A DNA stretch of 64,000 nucleotides from a virus (Duplodnaviria > Heunggongvirae > Uroviricota > Caudoviricetes): the IMG/VR virus record IMGVR_UViG_3300022660_000042; one strand, written 5' to 3'. The notes beneath the pieces are model-generated. The model worked only from the letters and a program-made list of their open reading frames with translations. It did no database searches and was not told where the DNA came from. Of the stretch, positions 28,071 through 37,391 are shown one piece after another. The stretch's first letter is position 1. The number at the start of each line of letters is the position of its first letter. The position numbers and the translations under genes are program-made.

Positions 28071-29366
28071 TCATTTTAGCCTTATTTTTTTATATCTTAT
28101 ATTATTTTTATTGCAATATTTTCGGAAGTTTAGGCTTAGCCAATTTTCAGGAATTTGATAAACTTCGTATAATTTTAGGCAATGATTTAATATTTCTTCG
28201 TACTGTTCTGTAGCTTTTCGTTTCTTATAATTATGCGTTTTACCTTTATCTGAACGTTCATTACAAAAGTCTTTTCTATAATAACGAAGAATGTTTTTAG
28301 CTATGTTTGCATCGCCTTCGGCTATATAACCTATTTGTTCTGTTACTTCGGATTCAGTTAAGCTGGCCAGATAGTCACGATGCGTATCATAAAGGAACTT
28401 GGCCGTAGATTCACGTGGCTTGTAGCTATAGCTTTCTTTTATACCAAATGTCTTACACAGTTCAGCATAAAGAACATTTATATTCTTTAACTTCTGAATA
28501 TTCCATTCATTATAGCAGCGTTTATAAATGTTGTTACGTACTTCAGATAAAAATGTTTTACCGTTTTCAAACTGCATGGCTATGATACAGCATACCTTAT
28601 TGTATACGTCTATATAGTTATATGACCTGTTGTATAACGTATTAAGCATTATGGCATTAAACGTGGCAACGATTATTATATAGTTCAGGCTATTTTGACG
28701 TTTACCTTCTGAAATGGTAATAAGCGTACGATGCCATGCGTTGTCATGGTATTTAAAATGATAGTATTTCCATTCGAGACGAGGATCGTTATATATCTGT
28801 TTACCCAGTAGACGATTCTTTTCTTGCTGGTTAACCGGTAAGAAAGCTTCGCGTTTAATCTTTGTTGTTCTGATGGATGCTATGTCATTGTAGAATACGG
28901 ACTTATCCAGTCTATACTTGGGGTCATCTAGCATGATACCGAAGTTCAACTGGTATGGCGACTTCGTACATTTATCTACCGATATGTCACAGAATGATTC
29001 GAAATCGGTTAAGATAGTTTCCATTAAGTCTATACAAATAGGATTAAACAGCTCGAGGAACACCTTGCATTTCCCGGGCTTGCGCGAGCTGGAGTCAAAT
29101 ACGTGACAGGACTTTACGTCTAACGCGTTGGCAATGTCTGTAGTATGAGTATTAAGCCATTCGCGTTTACCTTCGGGTAGATCGTCTATATCGACAATGA
29201 TGAAATCCATTAAGTCGTTGTCGCCAATGTCCATGATATGGCCGGTCTGCCACAGGTAGATATAGTCATAAAACCCGCCCTGGTGTAGTTTCCAGTGCAG
29301 GCGTTTACATTCGGACACCCAGTCAGGCTTATGAGTAAAGCTTTCCTTGGTATACTTGATGTTCAT
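28071..29366 (-). CDS. second AEP/PriCT-like (Rep-like) protein, AT-rich
   Basis: FIIVDIDD, SSSRKPGKCKVF, SEGKRQNSL, RSDKGK; lies between genes 46 and 47. Confidence 0.5.
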   Translation of the reverse strand: MNIKYTKESFTHKPDWVSECKRLHWKLHQGGFYDYIYLWQTGHIMDIGDNDLMDFIIVDIDDLPEGKREWLNTHTTDIANALDVKSCHVFDSSSRKPGKCKVFLELFNPICIDLMETILTDFESFCDISVDKCTKSPYQLNFGIMLDDPKYRLDKSVFYNDIASIRTTKIKREAFLPVNQQEKNRLLGKQIYNDPRLEWKYYHFKYHDNAWHRTLITISEGKRQNSLNYIIIVATFNAIMLNTLYNRSYNYIDVYNKVCCIIAMQFENGKTFLSEVRNNIYKRCYNEWNIQKLKNINVLYAELCKTFGIKESYSYKPRESTAKFLYDTHRDYLASLTESEVTEQIGYIAEGDANIAKNILRYYRKDFCNERSDKGKTHNYKKRKATEQYEEILNHCLKLYEVYQIPENWLSLNFRKYCNKNNIRYKKIRLK

Positions 29367-29608
29367 TATCTATTAAGCTGTTCGATGAATTCCTTTACCG
29401 AGACCGGCTTGTCATCAATGCGGGGGTCGACCCAGAAGGAGACCGGATCGCCAAAGCTCGTACGGTACTTGAACTTCATGCCAGTACCTTTCTTAATGAA
29501 CTCGTCGGAACCGGATTCGTCAAATAGGTCTACTTCTTGATGTATAAAGTTCGATTGTTCAGTTAAGAGTCTGGCTTCCGCCATTGTTACCTGTTGCCAA
29601 TTATTCAT
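29366..29608 (-). CDS. hypothetical protein
   Basis: ATGA-coupled to gp46. Confidence 0.7.
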   Translation of the reverse strand: MNNWQQVTMAEARLLTEQSNFIHQEVDLFDESGSDEFIKKGTGMKFKYRTSFGDPVSFWVDPRIDDKPVSVKEFIEQLNR

Positions 29609-31362
29609 TTTACCTCCAGGGTGCTGAATCCACCCGGTTTCTTATCAATCTTGATTACGCTACTGATCGCTATCTTCGGCTCTGTGAGCTTGTGCGATAC
29701 AATATATATGCCAAGTTTGTTCTTCTTGTTCTCGTTTACAATATTGTATAAAGTCGAAAGGAACTGGTCTATACCCGACTGGTCCACTCCGTTGTCGATC
29801 AGCTCGTCGATGAAAATGATGTTGCAGCTCCAGTTAGAGATGATTCGTGACGTGTTGAAGAAGCTGAGTAGGATGGACATGTCGATTCGGCTACGCTCGC
29901 CGCCAGAGAACTGGTTGTAGATTCGCGGGTAACGACCCTTCATCATAACTACCTTCATCTGATCGTCAAACGTAATCTTCACGGGCAGTTCAAACTTATG
30001 AAGGAAATCGTTAACGTTTTTATTAAGGATTAAGATTAACTTCTTGAAGAAATACTGTTTGATTCCAGTATCGCCGAGGATGTTAACCAGTTCGTTATCG
30101 ATGTCAATCTTATGCTGGTACTCGTTAATCTCCTGCTCTACTGTCGCAAGCTGGGCAGAGAGAGTCTTAAGAGCATCGTGGTACTCGTCAAGGGTGATAC
30201 TGCATTCCTTGTTCTGTTCTTCAACAAGACTGTCGTTCAGGCTCGCGATCCTGTTCTGCAGGTCAGTGACAAGATTCGATTCCTCGCGAAGCTTGGTCTG
30301 AATGGTTGTAATGAATTCCGACTTGCGCTTATGTTCAATGTACTGCGTCTGGTACTCGTTGATACCTGCAGTGAGCTGAGGGATAAGCGTTTCGGAAATA
30401 TTCTTCAGTTCTTCATTCAACTGTATGATATGCTGCTTGGCATGTCCTTCGTTCAACGGCGATCCGCAAATAGGACATTCGTTTTTCGTAGACAATCCTT
30501 TAAGAGTCTTCTCTATACGGGTTTTATCCGCGGTAGCGCCGCCAAGTTTCGTACTTAGCTCGCCATAGACCGTACTGTCCGGAGCCGTGCCCAGTTCAGC
30601 CACGTGTTTCTCAAGCGCTTTTTGGCCTGTGGTCACGTTTTTCATGGCCTTAGTAAGTTTACCCTGTGCATCCTCGATCTGCTGCTTGATGCGATTTACC
30701 GCGGCTTCCTTAGTCTCATTGAAATTCGCGATGTACTTCTGCATATTCTCTATATAACGGTTGTTGTCTTCGATACGTCCGTTGATATAGCCCATCTCGT
30801 TGATTTTGATTTGCTGGTTAGCCGCGTTGACGGTCTTACGCTTCTTAACGTCCTTGCACATGAGTCCAAGGATGTCTATGTTAAAGATGTTTTCGATTAG
30901 GGCACGCTGATCGCCGATAGACATGGAGAGGAACGGCGTGTTGTTCGTGACGTTGGTTGCCACGATGTTCTTGAATAGCCTTATGTTGATGCCTAGGAGC
31001 TTATCTATCTCGTCCTGGTTAAGCTTCTTGGATGACAGCAAGTCTAACTGCTGCCCGTTCTTCGTAATCTCAAGGATGGTTGGCTTCAGGCCTCTCGCGA
31101 TGGTATAGGAATCCTTACCTATATTAAACGTTACCTCTGTGTAGAGATCTTTCTCGTTGATTTCATTTATTAAGTTATTAAGTTTGATGTCCCTGTATGG
31201 TTTACCGAAGAGACAGAAGGTAAGAGCGTCGAGGATGGTAGACTTACCCGATCCGTTAGCCGCTGTGACTATGTTAATCCCATTGTTGAAATCCAATTCT
31301 GTCATTTGGTTTCCATAGGATAATATATTCTTAAATCTGATTTTCTTGAATTCTATGTACAT
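29605..31362 (-). CDS. gp46: recombination ATPase subunit (Rad50/SbcC; T4 gp46-like)
   Basis: NGSGKST, CPICG hook, FSGGE signature, IFIDE. Confidence 0.95.
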   Translation of the reverse strand: MYIEFKKIRFKNILSYGNQMTELDFNNGINIVTAANGSGKSTILDALTFCLFGKPYRDIKLNNLINEINEKDLYTEVTFNIGKDSYTIARGLKPTILEITKNGQQLDLLSSKKLNQDEIDKLLGINIRLFKNIVATNVTNNTPFLSMSIGDQRALIENIFNIDILGLMCKDVKKRKTVNAANQQIKINEMGYINGRIEDNNRYIENMQKYIANFNETKEAAVNRIKQQIEDAQGKLTKAMKNVTTGQKALEKHVAELGTAPDSTVYGELSTKLGGATADKTRIEKTLKGLSTKNECPICGSPLNEGHAKQHIIQLNEELKNISETLIPQLTAGINEYQTQYIEHKRKSEFITTIQTKLREESNLVTDLQNRIASLNDSLVEEQNKECSITLDEYHDALKTLSAQLATVEQEINEYQHKIDIDNELVNILGDTGIKQYFFKKLILILNKNVNDFLHKFELPVKITFDDQMKVVMMKGRYPRIYNQFSGGERSRIDMSILLSFFNTSRIISNWSCNIIFIDELIDNGVDQSGIDQFLSTLYNIVNENKKNKLGIYIVSHKLTEPKIAISSVIKIDKKPGGFSTLEVK

Positions 31363-31430
31363 ATGCGTTAAATATAGTAATTCCAGAAAATAAGAATTAA
31401 GTATTAAGATGGTTTAATCTGTAAAAATAG

Positions 31431-31461
31431 AAAAGCCCGGAACTATTAAGTTCCGGACTTT
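31431..31461. terminator. intrinsic terminator
   Basis: AAAAGCCCGGAAC/GTTCCGGACTTT stem. Confidence 0.6.
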
Positions 31462-31490
31462 CGAGGTATGACAGAATTGAAATTAAATCT

Positions 31491-31787
31491 TTAAAGCTTG
31501 GCCAATGCAAAATCTGTGCTAATAATATTCACAAGAATGTCATATTTCTCAGGCGAGTCCACGTGATACATCTTGCCTTTCCATTTGACATAATAATCGT
31601 CATAACGGTACAGCCTTACGCATCCTTCACCGTCGGGCATATGTGATACGTAATATTTCTTACCTGAGTCTCGGAGGATCGAATCCTTGGTTGGTATCAT
31701 GAAGTTGCCGGTCAGCTCAGTATTCCTTGAAAAATCTACTTGGACATAGTTCATCTCTGAACGTACAAAACCTTTACCGATTTTCAT
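31491..31787 (-). CDS. family A-like small protein, CT-tag
   Basis: VKWKGKMY...DFALAKL. Confidence 0.8.
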   Translation of the reverse strand: MKIGKGFVRSEMNYVQVDFSRNTELTGNFMIPTKDSILRDSGKKYYVSHMPDGEGCVRLYRYDDYYVKWKGKMYHVDSPEKYDILVNIISTDFALAKL

Positions 31788-31793
31788 ATTGTT

Positions 31794-32540
31794 TTATCCT
31801 TCCATAGCCAGGCATTTCTTACCGTCCTCACTATCACGTTTGAGCAACGGTGCGAAGTCGCTCTTGGGACGAAGACGGTGTGCCTCTTCCCATGTTAAGT
31901 ATGTATTCGCGACTTCGTTGTAAACCTTCATGACGTCATCCTTGAGCCACTTGTCCTTGAACTGGTTCGCGGGAAGTACGCCAAGACGATACCATTCAGC
32001 CGGGTAGTACGACGATGTGTCCTTGAACTTTGTCTTAAGGTGTTTTCCCTGTTTGGCTGCCCAGTATTGAATTCGAATTTCCTTTTTCTTTTTTATGAGA
32101 CAGCCGTAAGGTTCGAACAGGTCTTGGATTTCACTGAAGTACATCTGTTCTTGGTCGAAGCGATCCAGTTCCTTTTCCATATCGCGGTTGTTGAATGTGG
32201 CGATGAGTTTCGCGGTCGCAGCATTCCAGAGTTCCTTGATTAACGGATTACCTAGGTCATCACCAATGAATTGCCAGAAGTGTTTGGATTCTACGGTCTT
32301 GTATCTTGCATAGGCACTGTAGCAGTCACGACACCCGTAGTTCAGGGAAGACTGCATCCAGTTGACGATAACTCGACACATCTGCGTAGCCGTGTTGTAA
32401 CGCTGTACCATCCAGTTTTGTTTCTTACGAACCCAGGTATGGGTAACCTGATATTCATAACGTTCAAACGTAGACACCAGGAATGCCCTCAAGTTATCAT
32501 TGAGACCGTCCCAAAAGTTCTTGAATTGTTTTTCTGTCAT
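31794..32540 (-). CDS. hypothetical protein
   Basis: 248 aa; own hairpin-type promoter and AGAGGT RBS. Confidence 0.8.
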   Translation of the reverse strand: MTEKQFKNFWDGLNDNLRAFLVSTFERYEYQVTHTWVRKKQNWMVQRYNTATQMCRVIVNWMQSSLNYGCRDCYSAYARYKTVESKHFWQFIGDDLGNPLIKELWNAATAKLIATFNNRDMEKELDRFDQEQMYFSEIQDLFEPYGCLIKKKKEIRIQYWAAKQGKHLKTKFKDTSSYYPAEWYRLGVLPANQFKDKWLKDDVMKVYNEVANTYLTWEEAHRLRPKSDFAPLLKRDSEDGKKCLAMEG

Positions 32541-32603
32541 GTCATTACCTCTTATGTCTATAATATAGAAAAATACTTTGTGGTTGTAAGTCTTTTTACT
32601 ATA

Positions 32604-32780
32604 CTATTTTATGCTCAGCAGACCAGTGATTTCGTCGTTAAGGATCTGAAACCTGTCCTGACAACGCATCAGTTGCTGGCGAGCCTTTTGAGTAGGATTC
32701 TGTCTGAATTCGGTTTCGACTTCGGCCATACTGTTGAGGATGTTTTCCACGTTGCGGTAAAGCTTGGTGCTGTTCTTCAT
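32604..32780 (-). CDS. 58-aa helical hypothetical protein (not in ORF track)
   Basis: AGAGGT RBS; MKNSTKLYRNVE...GLLSIK. Confidence 0.65.
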   Translation of the reverse strand: MKNSTKLYRNVENILNSMAEVETEFRQNPTQKARQQLMRCQDRFQILNDEITGLLSIK

Positions 32781-32788
32781 TATACCTC

Positions 32789-33103
32789 TTAAGATAAAAG
32801 TTCTTCCATCTGTGTGTTGAGCATCTTGAGTCGGAACTTCAAGATGTCATCTTCTGTCTCGAGTTCTTTTTCAACGCCGTCGTTAATCCTGTAACGGAGA
32901 TTCGGATAACCAGTGGTTATTATTTTTGACGACTGCATCATAGAGCCCAAATCTGAATAATTGAAAACGAAACCAAACTGTTCGCCTTTAGGATTCGCGA
33001 GGGTACAGAGCCCGTGATTCGTCGGTTCAGAGATTTCAGCCGTTGCCGATACGATGAATACACGGGTAAATTTAAGCATTATGTCTCTTTCGTAGATTTT
33101 CAT
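32789..33103 (-). CDS. family A-like small protein
   Basis: YRINDG...QMEELLS. Confidence 0.75.
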   Translation of the reverse strand: MKIYERDIMLKFTRVFIVSATAEISEPTNHGLCTLANPKGEQFGFVFNYSDLGSMMQSSKIITTGYPNLRYRINDGVEKELETEDDILKFRLKMLNTQMEELLS

Positions 33104-33381
33104 TTTAGTTTAGTCTCTATTAAACTCCAGTTTAATACATTATAGAAATCTATAACGTCTTTTGGTGTTTTAACTACATATTCTTTTTCTTCGAAGATCC
33201 ATTTCGTCGGATTGTCATGAAGAGGATGCGGTGCAATAGCGTAATCTATAAAATCCGTATGTATTGTAAAAGTTGCACCACATTGACCTTCTTCAATCGG
33301 CGATACCGAGATTAGATTAACAAGCGTGTCGAAGAAGTATTTCTTATTGGACGGACTATATGCGAAACGCATCAATTTCAT
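33100..33381 (-). CDS. family A-like small protein
   Basis: WIFEEKEY...SLIETKLK. Confidence 0.75.
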   Translation of the reverse strand: MKLMRFAYSPSNKKYFFDTLVNLISVSPIEEGQCGATFTIHTDFIDYAIAPHPLHDNPTKWIFEEKEYVVKTPKDVIDFYNVLNWSLIETKLK

Positions 33382-33623
33382 TCCAGACCTGCCAAATCTA
33401 TTTCGGCCTTCAAGGTTGCATAAAGCTCTGTAAAGTCCGTCTTAGAGTTAAATGTTTTCCCGTTGATTTCAAACTTCTCGTTGACCCAGCCATAGACGAA
33501 GCTGGTGTTCACGAGACCCTTGTGATAATAGCGAAACACCGGGAGTTCACCCATGTTAAAGATTTCGCCGACACCGAGAACTTCTTCGGGTTCGCTGTCA
33601 CCTCGTTTCATTAAGATAGCCAT
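33378..33623 (-). CDS. family A-like small protein, CT-tag
   Basis: FEINGKTF...EIDLAGLE. Confidence 0.75.
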   Translation of the reverse strand: MAILMKRGDSEPEEVLGVGEIFNMGELPVFRYYHKGLVNTSFVYGWVNEKFEINGKTFNSKTDFTELYATLKAEIDLAGLE

Positions 33624-33625
33624 GT

Positions 33626-33943
33626 TTACCTCGAAACGTTATAACCCATGGCCGTGAGCTTCGCGATCATCTCGAGAGCGTCATCAGATTCCTGACGGAT
33701 GAACCCGCCCTTGCGAAGATCCTCGTTGATGTCGTCCAGAGTCTGCATGGAGACACAGAGGAGTTCATCGTAATTACCCGACGTTGCGAGAAGCTTATAG
33801 TTTTCGATGTTACCGTCAGTTAAGGCCTGCGGACGTTCAAACAGCCTTCCGGATTCACGGATCGCGTTGATTACGTAACCCATGACAGCAAAGGCGTTTC
33901 CGTCACAACCAACCAAAGTATATTCGTCGATTTGTTTTGCCAT
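33626..33943 (-). CDS. conserved small phage protein (LVGxDGNAF family)
   Basis: LVGCDGNAFAVMG motif; GAGGT RBS. Confidence 0.75.
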   Translation of the reverse strand: MAKQIDEYTLVGCDGNAFAVMGYVINAIRESGRLFERPQALTDGNIENYKLLATSGNYDELLCVSMQTLDDINEDLRKGGFIRQESDDALEMIAKLTAMGYNVSR

Positions 33944-34018
33944 ATTCATACCTCATATTATAATATAGAAAAAACGACCTAGGTTGTAAGTCGTTTTATT
34001 AAACAATTTTATTTCGTA

Positions 34019-34432
34019 TTAACCGGGGAGCTTATCGATGTGTCTTAACGTTTCGTCTTGCCGCATCTTGAGATATGACTTGAGATGCTGGTGGTACAGA
34101 TCGTCCATGACTTGGCACAGTTCCTCAAAGGACTTTGCTTTCTTATACCTGTTAGTACCCTGGGTTGACAGGTAAAGATGTTCTTTCTTGTACTTGAACA
34201 TAAAGTTACCTGCTTCATCGATTAGCACCAACCCTGTACAATGCAACCGTAGGGATTCAGGTATGGTCGTATCGTGAATTACCCCAAGGTTAATATCAAG
34301 GCCGATCTTACCCATCATTGCACACAATGAACAGTCATACAATGTTATCCCGTCTTTGATATTACCATATTTGGCTTCGAACGTCTTTGCATACGGGCTA
34401 AGTTTTGCTTTGATTTCTTTTGTAAGTTCCAT
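34019..34432 (-). CDS. family C protein, CT-tag, leaderless
   Basis: TATATT-N6-ATG; ends RHIDKLPG. Confidence 0.8.
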   Translation of the reverse strand: MELTKEIKAKLSPYAKTFEAKYGNIKDGITLYDCSLCAMMGKIGLDINLGVIHDTTIPESLRLHCTGLVLIDEAGNFMFKYKKEHLYLSTQGTNRYKKAKSFEELCQVMDDLYHQHLKSYLKMRQDETLRHIDKLPG

Positions 34433-34578
34433 ATAATGAATATAGTAAAAAGAATAAAACCCGTACATAACTATTTGACTTAAAAATTCCACGGGCTCGC
34501 CATATAGTATGTAAGGCCGAAAATTTTTTATGAATAATAATTATTTAAACCGGTTGGATAGTTTACTATATTATGAAC

Positions 34579-34869
34579 ATGGATATAATAAGAATTAACG
34601 GCAAAAGAATGACATTTCACCCAGAAGCACCACTGGAGGTAAAGCCAGACGGTAGTTTTCTGTTGCGAATCAAGAAATGTAAGGAAAAGAAAACGGCATG
34701 GGGATGGAGGTCATACTACGTTACTGAAACCTATCCTGTACCGGCGAAACGTAAGACTAATATTGAATTCGACGGCGTTTCCTATACATGTAAGAATATG
34801 CCGATGAGCGAGGTCGTGAAACTCCGTGCACACATTGAGACAATGTTAACCCTGGATAACTTGAAATGA
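34579..34869 (+). CDS. family A-like protein, CT-tag, leaderless
   Basis: IEFDGVSY...LTLDNLK. Confidence 0.8.
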   Translation: MDIIRINGKRMTFHPEAPLEVKPDGSFLLRIKKCKEKKTAWGWRSYYVTETYPVPAKRKTNIEFDGVSYTCKNMPMSEVVKLRAHIETMLTLDNLK

Positions 34870-35129
34870 ATGTCATCGGCTACAGATACCATGAAAACGA
34901 CATGCATTATTTTATGCTGGATTTCCGCCGCGAATTTAAGGCGCGGGAATCTATGTTGGTAGTTCCGGTTATTAATAACGAGAATAAGAAGGAATATTTG
35001 TATCTTGAAAGAGATACTTTTGAAACCGTCCTATATGATGGCCGCGAATATGAAATGCTGAAACAAGAAGATTACGCTATTCTGAAAGAAATAATGTCTA
35101 CACTTTTTGCAATAGAGAGTCTTGAATAA
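34866..35129 (+). CDS. family A-like protein, CT-tag
   Basis: VLYDGREY...FAIESLE. Confidence 0.8.
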   Translation: MNVIGYRYHENDMHYFMLDFRREFKARESMLVVPVINNENKKEYLYLERDTFETVLYDGREYEMLKQEDYAILKEIMSTLFAIESLE

Positions 35130-35164
35130 TTCTATATTAAGCATATAATAAGGAATTACCCTCG

Positions 35165-35578
35165 ATGTACGAAAAACAAATCAATGAACTGGAAATTATG
35201 ATGGGTCGTTATCGTTACCTTGAAGACCTCGGTAAAAAGTATAAGACCAAGTTCGCCAATATATCCGGCAATTACAAATTTGAGATGGATCCCTGCTTAT
35301 ACAATATTAACACGCCTGAATTGGATATTAGAATTAAACGTACTAAACCTAATGGCAGTATTGTATTCTTAATTGCCGCACTTATCCAATATGTCCACGA
35401 TACAAAACAATTTAAATATGAAATCCATCTATATAATGGGAAAGACAAAAACTTTACCTATCCTTCAGAAATTAGCCAGATGCGGGATTTTGAAATACTG
35501 TTTAATTACGAACTGAAGAAGTTTGCTAAGGACACCCAGAAAAAAATTATTGATTCAATCAATAAACTTCCCGGCTAG
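35165..35578 (+). CDS. family C protein, CT-tag
   Basis: ends FEILFNYE...DSINKLPG. Confidence 0.8.
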   Translation: MYEKQINELEIMMGRYRYLEDLGKKYKTKFANISGNYKFEMDPCLYNINTPELDIRIKRTKPNGSIVFLIAALIQYVHDTKQFKYEIHLYNGKDKNFTYPSEISQMRDFEILFNYELKKFAKDTQKKIIDSINKLPG

Positions 35579-35596
35579 ATTTACTATATTATAGTC

Positions 35597-36019
35597 ATGA
35601 ATCAAAAAGAACAAGAAGCATATCATCACTTACACGATATTTTCAAGCAGTGTCAAGCCAAGTACGGTTATCTCGTTAACTGTGACTACTTCAACTTTGG
35701 TGGTGGCGTGTATGATGATGACTATTCGACTAATCTTGCAAATGAAATGGTTATCAACAGACAGCATGCAACGACAGGTAATATTATATTCTATGTAAGC
35801 TGTAAAATTGTATACCGCGGTTCTTCTGCCGGTATATTTGCTGATACGTATTCTTACAACCTTACTATTGGTCGTCATGAAGACCGCAAGGTGAAAGAAT
35901 TTCAGAGCGAAGAAAAATTGCTCGCCGAGTTTGACTGAGTTTTTAACCTGGAATACCGTAGGGTTATGAACGTCAAGAAAAGAAAATTGGCTCAAATAAT
36001 CGACAATCTTCCTGGTTAA
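35597..36019 (+). pseudogene. family C gene with in-frame TGA (35936-35938) before the CT-tag
   Basis: reading through TGA gives VFNLEYRRVMNVKKRKLAQIIDNLPG*. Confidence 0.7.
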
Positions 36020-36036
36020 TTTCCTATATTAAGACT

Positions 36037-36363
36037 ATGCAACGGTCAAAAGTAATTAAACTTATTTATTCGGATAAACACTTAGACGACGATTCTGAAA
36101 CGGAGTATCTTGTAATCGTTCATAAGGGTGTCGGCAGAACGAGGTTTTCCACGTCGTTAGGCGTACGAGATGCTTTCAACTTTACATATCGAAAAGATAA
36201 TGTAGACTTGACTGAACACTTTCGCATTGTTCTTTCTGGTAACCATGAAGCGTTTTATCTAAAAGAAACAAATAAATGGTATGACGTCGATAGACCTAAG
36301 GAATTCGAACAATTAAGACATGACCTTGAAACTGCTTGCACTCTTGCATTACTGGAGGGTTAA
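36037..36363 (+). CDS. small protein, CT-tag variant, leaderless
   Basis: TATATT-N6-ATG; ends TLALLEG. Confidence 0.8.
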   Translation: MQRSKVIKLIYSDKHLDDDSETEYLVIVHKGVGRTRFSTSLGVRDAFNFTYRKDNVDLTEHFRIVLSGNHEAFYLKETNKWYDVDRPKEFEQLRHDLETACTLALLEG

Positions 36364-36365
36364 CT

Positions 36366-36632
36366 GTGTATTTGTATATAGGCTGTGACAAATATTGGGT
36401 AATGGAAATTATACCGCCGAAGATTTACGATGCGTATTATCTTCGTTGTAAGCTGCATCCGTTTACAACGGTACCTTTTTCGCGTGAGGTAGACCGTGAA
36501 ACATCCGTACAGCTCTGTGACGAAAATGGATTTAGGACCGGTAAAGTCTATAAAGGCGATGCCGCGATCTCTCTGATGGAACACCTCATTGGTGTGCTGG
36601 CCGTTGAAAAATTAAATGGAGAAGACAAATGA
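36366..36632 (+). CDS. small protein, CT-tag
   Basis: GTG start after GGAGG; ends LAVEKLNGEDK. Confidence 0.7.
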   Translation: MYLYIGCDKYWVMEIIPPKIYDAYYLRCKLHPFTTVPFSREVDRETSVQLCDENGFRTGKVYKGDAAISLMEHLIGVLAVEKLNGEDK

Positions 36633-36886
36633 AAGTAGATGTTGCACATTCCCGAATAAATTTGGGACTATCGACCTTTAACGTCGATTTTAAACGCGAG
36701 GCATATGTTGGCTCTGAAGGTCAACTGGTTATACCGTTGGAACGCGGCTTGAATGTACGTGTATATCCGAACGAAGAATCATGGGTTAAGGTAGACAGGA
36801 AGGTCTATCATGTGAATTCGAAAGATAAGTGTGCGGCAATAGCGAACGATATTTTAAATAGAATTGCCTTGGCAAGACTCAAGTAA
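36629..36886 (+). CDS. family A-like protein, CT-tag
   Basis: VKVDRKVY...IALARLK. Confidence 0.8.
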   Translation: MKVDVAHSRINLGLSTFNVDFKREAYVGSEGQLVIPLERGLNVRVYPNEESWVKVDRKVYHVNSKDKCAAIANDILNRIALARLK

Positions 36887-36903
36887 TTTACTATATTATA
36901 GTC

Positions 36904-37356
36904 ATGACTGATATTGAAAAACATCTTAACATGTTTATTGAAAAACACCAAAGCCTTGTTGCGGCCTATAAGCACGTATTACCTATGGCTGGACAATGGG
37001 AATCTAAGTTTGGGTGTTACAGACGCGATAGTCGTTATGATGGATTTGAGGTGAATGCCCGTGATTACTCGAATAACGACTTTGATCCTGGGATATTCAT
37101 ACACATTTGGCGGTATAACGAAAAACGAAACTATGCATTCAAGATGGATGCTTCTGTAAGATATACCCGAGAAAAGAAATTTGAATATACGATTGAATTC
37201 AACAGAAAGCGAGTCAATATGCCCTCAGTCCTTCATTATAAGAATAATGACGAACTGATTGCTGCATTTGAAGAATTCCTTAAGGAAGACTGCGATAAGT
37301 TGCTGAAAGCCGAGAAACAAAAAATAAACAATATTCTCAACAGTCTTCCGGGTTAA
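36904..37356 (+). CDS. family C protein, CT-tag, leaderless
   Basis: ends NNILNSLPG. Confidence 0.8.
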   Translation: MTDIEKHLNMFIEKHQSLVAAYKHVLPMAGQWESKFGCYRRDSRYDGFEVNARDYSNNDFDPGIFIHIWRYNEKRNYAFKMDASVRYTREKKFEYTIEFNRKRVNMPSVLHYKNNDELIAAFEEFLKEDCDKLLKAEKQKINNILNSLPG

Positions 37357-37391
37357 TTTACTATATTAAGATAAAACAACGAGGTAATTTA

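Noticed and set aside
20699-31362. Inteins or group I introns in helicase, thyA, gp46 or gp47
   Set aside because: All are of normal length with contiguous motifs
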